A stretch of 64,000 nt of DNA from Lentisphaerota bacterium (GTDB taxonomy: Bacteria; Verrucomicrobiota; Lentisphaeria; Victivallales; Victivallaceae), in contig SUWK01000003.1 of assembly GCA_015061525.1 (NCBI GenBank), positions 18,395-82,394 of the forward strand, given 5' to 3'. The translations under genes were made by a program, and so were the position numbers. The notes beneath the pieces were generated by a model that searched no databases, was not told where the DNA came from, and worked only from the letters and a program-made list of their open reading frames with translations. Numbering within the stretch: position 1 is the first letter of the stretch; every line of letters begins with the position of its first letter. Positions 26,701-34,416 of the stretch are shown piece by piece.

Positions 26701-28313
26701 GCCGCCTTGATCTTGAGGTGAGCTTCACGGTTGCCGATAAAATTTATGACGGCAATGATACCGCCACTCTTACCGGTGCCGTTGCCGGTAACATGGTTTC
26801 CGGAGATGATCTGAGTGTGGATGTGAGCGGCGCGGATGCTCATTTTGCCGACAAAAATGCGGGGAACGGCAAAGTCGTCACCGTGTATGACGGATTGTCA
26901 TTGCTTGGAGCTGATGCCGGGAACTACAATCTGGTTTACAACTACACCGGAACCGGCAATATCAGCCGCCTTGATCTTGAGGTGAGCTTCACGGTTGCCG
27001 ATAAAATTTATGACGGCAATGATACCGCCACTCTTACCGGTGCCGTTGCCGGTAACATGGTTTCCGGAGATGATCTGAGTGTGGATGTGAATGGCGCGGA
27101 TGCTCATTTTGCCGATAAAAATGCGGGGAACGGCAAAGTCGTCACCGTGTATGACGGATTGTCATTGCTTGGAGCTGATGCCGGGAACTACAATCTGGTT
27201 TACAACTACACCGGAACCGGCAATATCACTCCGAAAATTCTTGATGTGACTGTCGATCTTCCGACGGATAAGATCTACGACGGAACCGTTGATGTCGATG
27301 CAAATATCACGGTGAACGGTATCGTCGCCGGTGATGATGTTCAAATCAACGCCCAGTGGCAGTATAATTCACCTGATGTTGAGGATGCTGACACCATTAA
27401 TAATACCCGTTGGGATATTACCGGGGAGGATATGGGCAACTACCAGCTGCCTGATGTGCCGTATAACGGAACAGACGCTCAAATCTCTGCTGCGGATGTA
27501 CTTATCACATATGTGACCGATTCTCCGTACTATTATGACGGCAGCGACCAGAGTGGTACTGTAAGCGCGTATTATACTGATATTCACGGCAACAGAGTCG
27601 ATGTTCCTGTGAACTGGAACGGTCAGGTCTTTGCCGCTGTCGGCAAGTACGATATTACGGTCACGTTGAGCGACAGCAATTATCAGGCGACTAATGATTC
27701 CGCCGTATTGTATATGCTGCCGAACAATCCGGCAGGCGGTATTTATTCAGACGGATTGAATCCGGAGTTTACCGGGATCGTTCCGGCGATTCAGGGCGGC
27801 TTGCTCATCAATGGTACGTCACCGGTTTACGGTGATATCTATACGATGAGTTATCCGGAATTGGTTGTTCATTCAATGCTGCATCCGGGCAGGGGCATGA
27901 TGGATGGCATGGCGGGAACAGAGAGTTTTCAATTAACTTTTGCTTCCGGCGCGGTTCAATCGGATGTGCTGAAATATCTGCCGATGACCATTGATGATCC
28001 GGTGCGTGAAAGCTCGGTTGCTGACTTCGGCTGGGTTATAAATCCGGCGGCGTTGAGTTCCGGAGATGAGCTGTCAGACAGCAGCAGTGATGCTCTTATC
28101 CAAGTGCGCGGAGATGCACCTTTGACCGTACCGGAATCGCTTTACATCGACGGTGATGCCGGAGCTGAGAGGCTGCCGTGGTATGAAGATCCGGCGCAGG
28201 AACAGGCGTTGAACGCGGTCTCTGAGTTGCCGCTGCCTGAAGATCTGCCGGTCAAAAGTGAAGCGTTCCGCAGTGAATTTGAAAAACTTCTGGAGGAGCT
28301 GGTTCAGGCATGA
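23781..28313 (+). CDS. large T1SS-type adhesin: N-terminal LEDRVLF motif, DUF4347, Pmp-like beta-helix repeats, multiple YDG domains
   Basis: 1510 aa with no Sec signal. MKELEIFKLEDRVLFEAAAAAE is followed by IHLLTHGNEGYISV...LLYSCNTASG (DUF4347-like). GGAI/GGAV repeats follow, then repeated KIYDG(N/T) units and an acidic amphipathic C-terminus. Confidence 0.9.
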   Translation: MKELEIFKLEDRVLFEAAAAAEIIDAADASQYDPNAAVSENDRQAQMERDALKNAPPENPADVVTEMTQNVSPEDIAGVNAEIDALINGGMPAAKELVIINGSVVDKDAVIDSLQPGQDVLVLQNGTGLAEINEYLDQSGTEYSAIHLLTHGNEGYISVNGERIDSGNFDAEAWQEIGEHLTENGDILLYSCNTASGVAGKALVNMISDASGADVAASCDISGISGNWVLEYNSGIVETGEVGVDGFTHNLTSYTVDTAEDTVDDTDGVTSLREAIEAANANDGQDEIIFDSALNGQIIKLDNGVLDIEESLTIIGNGTVNTIIDGQGSDSIFSVSTFDDIQLEIAGVTLQNGSAGGNGGAIDITAIGDVSLSLENVTITGSEALYGNGGAVSIYAHGAVELDIVNSTVTGNYALDDGGAVYLQADSFTVNVVNSTVTGNSSNSLNTHTGAGLYLQHSENSTLNILNSIVYGNTNTASGSAADIYVDNQADTEVALNVIHSIYGEITDGADGETFEPAVTTGSTQLDYSSDNTLRVFGTNSPRLQNGVIQVNNQDIAGYSGTLTARDNGGEYLFFDHSGSWKDLGGNSVSAPYATDIIIDDQTGSHRASAKEILGVNEFFVGAVSGKVYLDVAPQSASYKYDGEVKTAEVVYTTAKGTVITPAAVAAFNTVISTAGITTSSKDVGVYKFDSVTTAITHNGSDVTGKFDLDIDQNASIEITKRAVSLISDGDYKVYDGTALTNSTVTVGGDGFAAGEGAVFTVTGTQTNAGTSLNTFTYTLNAGTLAGNYDISTYFGTLEVGKRSVTVTAEPMQHMTYGDAVPVFTYTALNVVTGETLAGELQLISPEFSSSGNLAAGTYVIGQGTLTNANNANYDIEYRGANFQVNTLDLEVSFTVADKIYDGNDTATLTGAVAGNMVSGDDLSVDVSGADAHFADKNAGNGKVVTVYDGLSLLGADAGNYNLVYNYTGTGNISRLDLEVSFTVADKIYDGNDTATLTGAVAGNMVSGDDLSVDVSGADAHFADKNAGNGKVVTVYDGLSLLGADAGNYNLVYNYTGTGNISRLDLEVSFTVADKIYDGNDTATLTGAVAGNMVSGDDLSVDVNGADAHFADKNAGNGKVVTVYDGLSLLGADAGNYNLVYNYTGTGNITPKILDVTVDLPTDKIYDGTVDVDANITVNGIVAGDDVQINAQWQYNSPDVEDADTINNTRWDITGEDMGNYQLPDVPYNGTDAQISAADVLITYVTDSPYYYDGSDQSGTVSAYYTDIHGNRVDVPVNWNGQVFAAVGKYDITVTLSDSNYQATNDSAVLYMLPNNPAGGIYSDGLNPEFTGIVPAIQGGLLINGTSPVYGDIYTMSYPELVVHSMLHPGRGMMDGMAGTESFQLTFASGAVQSDVLKYLPMTIDDPVRESSVADFGWVINPAALSSGDELSDSSSDALIQVRGDAPLTVPESLYIDGDAGAERLPWYEDPAQEQALNAVSELPLPEDLPVKSEAFRSEFEKLLEELVQA
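26442..27233 (+). repeat. three near-identical tandem 264-nt (88-aa) in-frame repeats
   Basis: Copies start at 26442, 26706 and 26970. Only a handful of substitutions separate them, mostly synonymous; one gives S to N. Confidence 0.95.
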
Positions 28314-29017
28314 AGCTGGGGGCATTGCTCGGATTATTGTTGACGGTTCTGCCGCTTGTTGCGGAAGTTCCGGTGCGGACGGTGTTGTTTCCGTTCCGTG
28401 AAACGGTGATCTCTTCGCAGGTCGATTCCCGGCTTGAACCTTACGCTTTTTTGATCGGTCAGCAGTTTAAGAAGGGAACAGTGCTGGTCAAGCTGGATTC
28501 CGGGCGGTTTGCTCTGGAGTACAAACGTGCGCAGGACACGTACGAATTCAGCAAAGCATCTTTTGAGAATAAAAAGAAGCTGCGCGAACGGAATTTTACC
28601 AGTGATTACGAGTTGAAAAAAGCCGAATTTGAGAAAAATATGGCATTGAATGCTCTCAATGAAGCCAAACTCCATCTGGATCACTGCACTGTGACTGCGC
28701 CGTTTGATGGAAAAATTCAGGAGATAATGACCCGGGAGTATGAAACGGTACGGCCCGGGCAGCCTTTGTGCAGGATCATTGATGACAGTGTTCTGCTGGC
28801 GGTGATGAATGTGCCGATGGATGATCGTAAACTGACACGCCCCGGCGGCACGCTCCGGATCCGGTTGAGTAATTCAAATGTGATCAAAGGAGTTATTTAT
28901 GAGGTTTCTCCGCAAGCCGATCCCCGGACAGGTACAGTGCGTATAAGAGTGAAAATAAACAATGCCGAAGGGATATTGACCGCTGGAGCAACAGGGGAAC
29001 TGTGCGATGGCGATTGA
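28310..29017 (+). CDS. periplasmic membrane-fusion (HlyD/RND adaptor)-like protein
   Basis: ATGA overlap with the adhesin stop. Signal peptide MKLGALLGLLLTVLPLVA, coiled-coil segment and the VTAPFDGKIQEI lipoyl-type motif. Confidence 0.75.
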   Translation: MKLGALLGLLLTVLPLVAEVPVRTVLFPFRETVISSQVDSRLEPYAFLIGQQFKKGTVLVKLDSGRFALEYKRAQDTYEFSKASFENKKKLRERNFTSDYELKKAEFEKNMALNALNEAKLHLDHCTVTAPFDGKIQEIMTREYETVRPGQPLCRIIDDSVLLAVMNVPMDDRKLTRPGGTLRIRLSNSNVIKGVIYEVSPQADPRTGTVRIRVKINNAEGILTAGATGELCDGD

Positions 29018-30341
29018 AGATGCTGCTGCCAAACTGCGGGCATTTGCCCGGATATTGAAACTGGGGCATGATCTTTTCAATGCCGCAGATTTTGCCGATG
29101 CTGCGGTGCGGGCGGTCAACGACTCCAAAGTGGTGATAAATTACCGCAGTGCCGCATTGTTTGAGTATGACGGTAAAGATTTTGAACTTCTTGCCCAATC
29201 CGGTATTCCTGAAAAAAATCCCCGGTCGAAACTGGTTCTTGACCAGATAGAGATGTTGAAAACGCTGGATGTATCACTGCCGTTATCTGTCATTGATCGC
29301 GGGTTGCCGGGGGAGGCGGAAAAGGAGCGGACGGTTTATCTGGCGGCGAATTTACCGTGTCCGGAGGTGCTTGATGGAACGGTGGTCAGGTTTATCTGGC
29401 TGCTGGAATTTTCCGGTGAGGTTTCCGGGAATGTGGAAAATCTGGTGAAAGTGGTTGCCGGAAGTGTCGGAGAAGCGTTGTATTTTCACCGGTTTTGCGG
29501 CAGGGGAAAACGTTTGCGTAAACGGGGAACCGGCAGGAAGATTTTCTGGCTGACGGTGTTGCTGATTTTTATTGCTTCAATGTTCATCCGGGTTCCGGAG
29601 AGTGCCACGGCAGAGTTTACGCTGCGTCCGCAGGACAGTTCTGTGATCTATGCACCGTTTGATGGGACGATCCTTCACTGTCTGCGTCAGGATGGTGAAA
29701 GCGTTGCCAAAGGTGATATTATTGCCAAATATGATACGGCGGTACTGCAGTACCGTCTGGATCAGGCGCGCAGTCAGCTTGCGGAATTGGAAACCGAGAT
29801 CGCTCTTGAAGAACGCAGTGCCTTTTTCGATCCGGAAAAACTCGGCAAAGTCCGTCTGCTTGCTGCCAGACGCAAGATCATTGAAGTGACGGTCGCTGAA
29901 GCCGAATGGTTCATCGGACACTCAACTGTTACGGCTCCGGCAGACGGTGTGCTGGTACTTGCCGACGGCAGAGCAGAAAAACTTGCCGGCAAGGCGGTGC
30001 GTTCAGGGGAGAGGATCGCGGAAATATACGGCGGCAGCGGTGTGATTGCCGAGATACCGGTGGACGAAAAGCAGTCTTCGATCCTGCAGAATGATTTTTC
30101 AGTGTCGCTTTATTTGCATACCGCTCCGGAAAATGCGATCCCGGTGACAGTTGATAAGGTTGCGGCATATCCGGAATTTACAGAACAGAAAACCTGGTGT
30201 TATACAGTTCGCTGCGCGTTGCCGGATAATTCTGAAACTTTGCGTTACGGAATGCGCGGGGTAGCCAAATTATCCGGCGGCAAGGTGTTTCTGGGATACC
30301 GGCTGATAAAGAGTGCCATCCTCTATTTCCGGGGGCTGTGA
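29007..30341 (+). CDS. GAF-like N-terminal domain, one TM, HlyD-like periplasmic domain
   Basis: Overlaps the upstream gene by 11 nt. About 170 soluble residues precede the TM IFWLTVLLIFIASMF. IYAPFDGTI and VTAPADGVL motifs flank a coiled coil. Confidence 0.7.
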   Translation: MAIEDAAAKLRAFARILKLGHDLFNAADFADAAVRAVNDSKVVINYRSAALFEYDGKDFELLAQSGIPEKNPRSKLVLDQIEMLKTLDVSLPLSVIDRGLPGEAEKERTVYLAANLPCPEVLDGTVVRFIWLLEFSGEVSGNVENLVKVVAGSVGEALYFHRFCGRGKRLRKRGTGRKIFWLTVLLIFIASMFIRVPESATAEFTLRPQDSSVIYAPFDGTILHCLRQDGESVAKGDIIAKYDTAVLQYRLDQARSQLAELETEIALEERSAFFDPEKLGKVRLLAARRKIIEVTVAEAEWFIGHSTVTAPADGVLVLADGRAEKLAGKAVRSGERIAEIYGGSGVIAEIPVDEKQSSILQNDFSVSLYLHTAPENAIPVTVDKVAAYPEFTEQKTWCYTVRCALPDNSETLRYGMRGVAKLSGGKVFLGYRLIKSAILYFRGL

Positions 30342-32413
30342 TGGAAACAAAACCGGTAAAAGTCGGGGTGCTGCGCAAAGATATCGCCGTTATCCGCCGG
30401 GATCAACTGATGTTTTTTGATCCGCAGGCGGATGCTTATTTCCGGGTGTCGGAAAAAGCTGCGGAGATCGCCGCATATTTGAATGAACCTGTTGAATTGG
30501 ACGAATTTTGTGTAAAACTTTCCCGTGCCGGTATTGATGTTTCGCGTGAGGAAGTTTCCGCGCTGCTGCTTTTCCTGCAGCAGAATAATCTGCTGGAGCC
30601 GGAGTATTCGCAGATGTCTTTCAAATGCCGTCAGCTTGAAGATGCCAGAAAAAAGAGCCGTTACATACGCTGGGGGGCGGCATATATGTATTTCCGTCTG
30701 CCGCCGTGGCATCCGGAAAAGTTTTTTAAGAAGATCGCCCCGGCAGTGTCGTTTCTTGCCTCCTCATGGTTCATACTGCTGCTTGCGATCCCTGCATTAT
30801 GGGGGTTCGTGCTGGTTGCAAAGGAGTTTTACCATGTGCGGTCGGTTTTTTCCGATACGTTGTCATGGGCAGGAGCAGCGAAATATTTTGCTGCAATAGT
30901 ACTGCTGAAAGTCATCCATGAGGCGGCACATTCTCTGGCGGCGATCCGTTTCGGCTGCCGGGTGCGTGGTATCGGTATCGGATTTATGATCTTTTATCCG
31001 AGATTGTATACCGATACGACTGACAGTTGGCTGTTGCCCCGGAAAGAACGTCTGCTGATCGATGCCGCCGGGATCATTGCTGAAGTGCTGGCCGGCGGAA
31101 TCGCGGCATTGTGTTACTTTTATCTGCCGCCCGGAGCGTGGAAGTCTACGATGTTTTATATTTTTGCCGTCAGTACTATTTCCACGCTGCTGGTAAACGG
31201 CAACCCTTGTATCCGTTACGACGGATATTATATTTTGTGTGATTTGACCGGTATGGATAATCTGATGACCCGATCCGGAGAGTATATGAAAGCGTGCTGG
31301 CGGTATTGGCTGCTTAAACTGGGTAAAAAACCGCAGGAAAAGGCAGGATGGTTTCTCTTTTTATTTGGAACGGCATCTTTTGTGTACCGGATATTTCTGT
31401 ACACAGCGATCATACTGGTGATCTATCATAAATTTATCAAAGTTCTTGCTGCAGTGCTGTTGTTATTTGAGGTGCTGACGGTTTTTATTCTGCCGTGTGT
31501 CAGAGAGATACGCACGATATGGATGCTCTCGAAAAAGTCTGCTGTTAAAGCGCGGCTGATACTTTTTCCCGTGGTGGGAGCGGTTATATGCGGATTTCTT
31601 TTTCTGCCGTTGAAATGGGATATGGAGCTGCCGGGTATTGTTGTCCCTGAAAAACAGCTGCAGATCCCGCTTGCCGAGGGCGGATATCTTGAAAATGACA
31701 TGCCGCAGTTCCCGGTGAGGGTTTCTGCCGGTGATACATTGGCTGTGCTGAAATCAGATTCCCTTGATCTTGCCGGGAAAAAGCTGGCTGCGTTGCTGGC
31801 GGTCGACCGTTGCCAATACGCATTGGAAAGTGTGGATGAAAAAGATTTTGCCCGCAGTCAGGTGACACTGGAAAAGATCTCATCCGATGAAAAATCACTT
31901 GCGGAACTGGAAAGACGTATTGCCAATTTGACTGTAACCGCTCCGGAAAGCGGCGTATTCAAGGCGGAAAAAGCATCGGAATTGCGCAAAGGAAAGTATC
32001 TGCCCCGGGGAATGGTAATAGGTGAAATATATTCCGGGAAAATGGTGATTTACGCATACGGCGGTGACCGGGATATCGCCAAACTGAAGAAGGGTGACCG
32101 GGCGCGGGTATATGCCGCAGATGACATTGCCGGGTATCCGGCGGCTGTTTCGGCGGTCGATCAGGTGGCAGTGCCGCTGAAAGATTCTCCATTGCTGCAG
32201 ATTTACGGCGGAACAGTTCCCATGTACCAGAACGGAAACGGTTCCGGGGGGTTTCATTCGGTGCAGTTGTATTGCCGGGTCGAACTGGCATTTGAAAGTG
32301 CGCAACCACCTTTTGCTGTCGGACGCCGGGTACGCTGTGAGATCGCCCATACGGAACGGCTGTGGAATATTTTGGCGCGCAGTGTGATCTCAGTATTTCG
32401 CCGTGAGTTGTAA
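30341..32413 (+). CDS. fusion protein: PqqD/RRE-like N-terminal domain, M50-type membrane metalloprotease core, HlyD-like C-terminal domain
   Basis: The ATG at 30341 overlaps the upstream TGA by 1 nt (a GTG at 30338 is also possible). HEAAH lies at 30917-30931 inside a polytopic region. A PqqD-like FRVSEKAAEIAAYLNEPVELDEF segment is present. The C-terminal part has VTAPESGVF and a beta-barrel-like region. Confidence 0.75.
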   Translation: METKPVKVGVLRKDIAVIRRDQLMFFDPQADAYFRVSEKAAEIAAYLNEPVELDEFCVKLSRAGIDVSREEVSALLLFLQQNNLLEPEYSQMSFKCRQLEDARKKSRYIRWGAAYMYFRLPPWHPEKFFKKIAPAVSFLASSWFILLLAIPALWGFVLVAKEFYHVRSVFSDTLSWAGAAKYFAAIVLLKVIHEAAHSLAAIRFGCRVRGIGIGFMIFYPRLYTDTTDSWLLPRKERLLIDAAGIIAEVLAGGIAALCYFYLPPGAWKSTMFYIFAVSTISTLLVNGNPCIRYDGYYILCDLTGMDNLMTRSGEYMKACWRYWLLKLGKKPQEKAGWFLFLFGTASFVYRIFLYTAIILVIYHKFIKVLAAVLLLFEVLTVFILPCVREIRTIWMLSKKSAVKARLILFPVVGAVICGFLFLPLKWDMELPGIVVPEKQLQIPLAEGGYLENDMPQFPVRVSAGDTLAVLKSDSLDLAGKKLAALLAVDRCQYALESVDEKDFARSQVTLEKISSDEKSLAELERRIANLTVTAPESGVFKAEKASELRKGKYLPRGMVIGEIYSGKMVIYAYGGDRDIAKLKKGDRARVYAADDIAGYPAAVSAVDQVAVPLKDSPLLQIYGGTVPMYQNGNGSGGFHSVQLYCRVELAFESAQPPFAVGRRVRCEIAHTERLWNILARSVISVFRREL

Positions 32414-32425
32414 AATCCGCTAAAA

Positions 32426-32461
32426 ACTCATCCTTGCAGGTTGAAAAAATTAAGGATGAGT
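32426..32461 (+). terminator. hairpin at the end of the T1SS operon (weak terminator)
   Basis: 10-bp stem ACTCATCCTT / AAGGATGAGT with a 16-nt loop, followed by an AT-rich tract without a clean T-run. Confidence 0.45.
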
Positions 32462-32529
32462 GATATATTTAATATAATTATATATGCAATAGGGTATTTT
32501 GTGTACATTTTTTAATTGAAAGGTTTGAT

Positions 32530-34056
32530 ATGAAACAGATTGCAGAAAGTTTGACTGCGTACCTCGGCAAGGATGAGGCGCAACTCAAAAGTCAGGTGCT
32601 GAAAAGCTCCGGAAACGTAACGGTGTATGCTGATTCCGTGCATGCACTTGGCAAGGCTGCTGTGCTGATGTGCCGCGATGATGAGAAAAAATATCTTCTG
32701 ATCGTTGCCGCCGGAGAAAAGGATATCCCTGCCGGTTTTGAAGGTGAAAAGATCGCTCTCAACGCCGGGTGCATCGCACTGAAATGTGAACTTTCAGAAG
32801 CCAATGCGGCGGCACTGCGTAAATATTTCCCGTGGACTGCTCCCAAAAGTCTGCGCAATGTCCGCACCACCGTCGGCTGCGGCGACCGTCTCGGTCTGGC
32901 GACTGTCGGTCATGTCCGGGCTGCCAAAAAAGTTCAGATCTCTCCGGTGCTTGCCCAGCAGTCCATCCGTGAATTGACCATGACCAAACGTACTTTCCGC
33001 AATGTGGTCGATGATGCGTGTTTCCTGGTTTTTGCAGAGGATTACCGCGATGGTTACGGTGCTGACGGTGACCATCTCAAAACGATCAAAGACATCGACA
33101 CCGCGCTTGCCGCCGGAATGCCGATGATCACACTTGACCTTTCCGATGTGATGAATGCCGCCGCCGGTGACTGGGAAGCTGCGCAGATCGCTGAAGCTTT
33201 CGGCAAACTGCCCGCCGATCTTCAGGCTCTGGTCGCTTCTGAATATGCCGGTAAAAAATTCGTTCTCGGTGATGATGTCGCTGTTGAACTGGATGAGCTG
33301 ACAGCCAAACGCTGTGCGGTGATGTATACTGCCGCACTGGATTTTGCCTTCCAGGTCTACGAACATTTGAAAGCTGCCCGCGGAGATGAATTTGATCTGG
33401 AAATCAGTATCGACGAAACCAGCAGTCCGACTCTGCCGAGCCACCATTTGTTCATTGTGCGTGAACTGCGCCGCCGCGGGGTCGAGTTCAGCTCACTGGC
33501 TCCCCGGTTCATCGGTGAATTTCAGAAAGCGATCGACTATATCGGCGATCTTGACGAGTTCGACCGTCAGTTCAAAGTTCACGCGCTGATTGCCCAGAAC
33601 TATGGAAATTACAAAATTTCAGTCCACAGCGGCAGTGACAAATTTGCGGTCTATCCCACCGTCGGCAGAGAGACCCGTCACTATCTGCACCTCAAAACTG
33701 CCGGAACCAGCTGGCTGGAGGCGGTCACGGTCATCTCCCGCAAAGATCCTCAGCTCTACCGCGATATGCATCAGTGCGCGCTGGACAACGTTGCGGATAT
33801 GCTCAAACTTTACCACATCACGGCTGATTTCAACAAGATCCCGGCTCTGGATACGTTGAGCGATGCCGAGCTGCCCGCATTGATGACCATGCCGGAAGCC
33901 CGTCAGCTGCTGCACATCAACTACGGTCCGATTCTTACCGGAAATCTGCGTGAACGTTTCTTCAAGGCGATGCACAAATTTGAAGCTGATTACGATGCCC
34001 AGATCGAGGCGCACTTTGACAAGCACCTCACTCTGCTTGGTGTTCCGGCAAAATAA
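32530..34056 (+). CDS. uxaE: tagaturonate/fructuronate epimerase (UxaE family)
   Basis: GCGDRLGLATVGHVRA, PVLAQQSIRE, GADGDHLKT, SIDETSSPT, RRRGVEFSSLAPRFIGEF, SVHSGSDKF and LKTAGTSWLEAV match the UxaE sequence as I recall it from Thermotoga. Confidence 0.75.
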   Translation: MKQIAESLTAYLGKDEAQLKSQVLKSSGNVTVYADSVHALGKAAVLMCRDDEKKYLLIVAAGEKDIPAGFEGEKIALNAGCIALKCELSEANAAALRKYFPWTAPKSLRNVRTTVGCGDRLGLATVGHVRAAKKVQISPVLAQQSIRELTMTKRTFRNVVDDACFLVFAEDYRDGYGADGDHLKTIKDIDTALAAGMPMITLDLSDVMNAAAGDWEAAQIAEAFGKLPADLQALVASEYAGKKFVLGDDVAVELDELTAKRCAVMYTAALDFAFQVYEHLKAARGDEFDLEISIDETSSPTLPSHHLFIVRELRRRGVEFSSLAPRFIGEFQKAIDYIGDLDEFDRQFKVHALIAQNYGNYKISVHSGSDKFAVYPTVGRETRHYLHLKTAGTSWLEAVTVISRKDPQLYRDMHQCALDNVADMLKLYHITADFNKIPALDTLSDAELPALMTMPEARQLLHINYGPILTGNLRERFFKAMHKFEADYDAQIEAHFDKHLTLLGVPAK

Positions 34057-34152
34057 TTGAAAATATGATATAAAAAACTACAGACCGGTGAAATTTTCCG
34101 CCGGAACGGAAAATTTCACCGCAACAGGAAAGAAAAGAGCAGGTGCTTTAAT

Positions 34153-34416
34153 ATGGCAAATATGTTCCCTTTATTGATTATTGTGGTGATGATCTTTATT
34201 TTGTTCCGTGCGAACAAAAAACAGCAGCGTCAGCGTCAGGAGATGCTCAATAAGATCGTCAAAGGTTCCAAAGTCATGCTCAACAGCGGTGTGATGGGCA
34301 AAGTTTCCGAAGTCCGGGAACATGAATTTCTCGTTGAGATCGCAGAAAATGTCAAAGTGCTGGTCATCCGTGACGGGGTTACTTTGATCGAAGAAAAGAA
34401 TGAGGAAAAGAAATAA
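34153..34416 (+). CDS. yajC: preprotein translocase subunit YajC
   Basis: 87 aa. A TM helix is followed by KKQQRQRQEMLNKIVKGSKVMLNSGVMGKV, typical of YajC. It lies directly upstream of secDF. Confidence 0.85.
   Translation: MANMFPLLIIVVMIFILFRANKKQQRQRQEMLNKIVKGSKVMLNSGVMGKVSEVREHEFLVEIAENVKVLVIRDGVTLIEEKNEEKK

Noticed and set aside
26442-27233. Diversity-generating retroelement or targeted hypermutation acting on the adhesin repeats
   Set aside because: There is no reverse transcriptase or template repeat in the window. The few differences between copies are not adenine-specific and are mostly synonymous.
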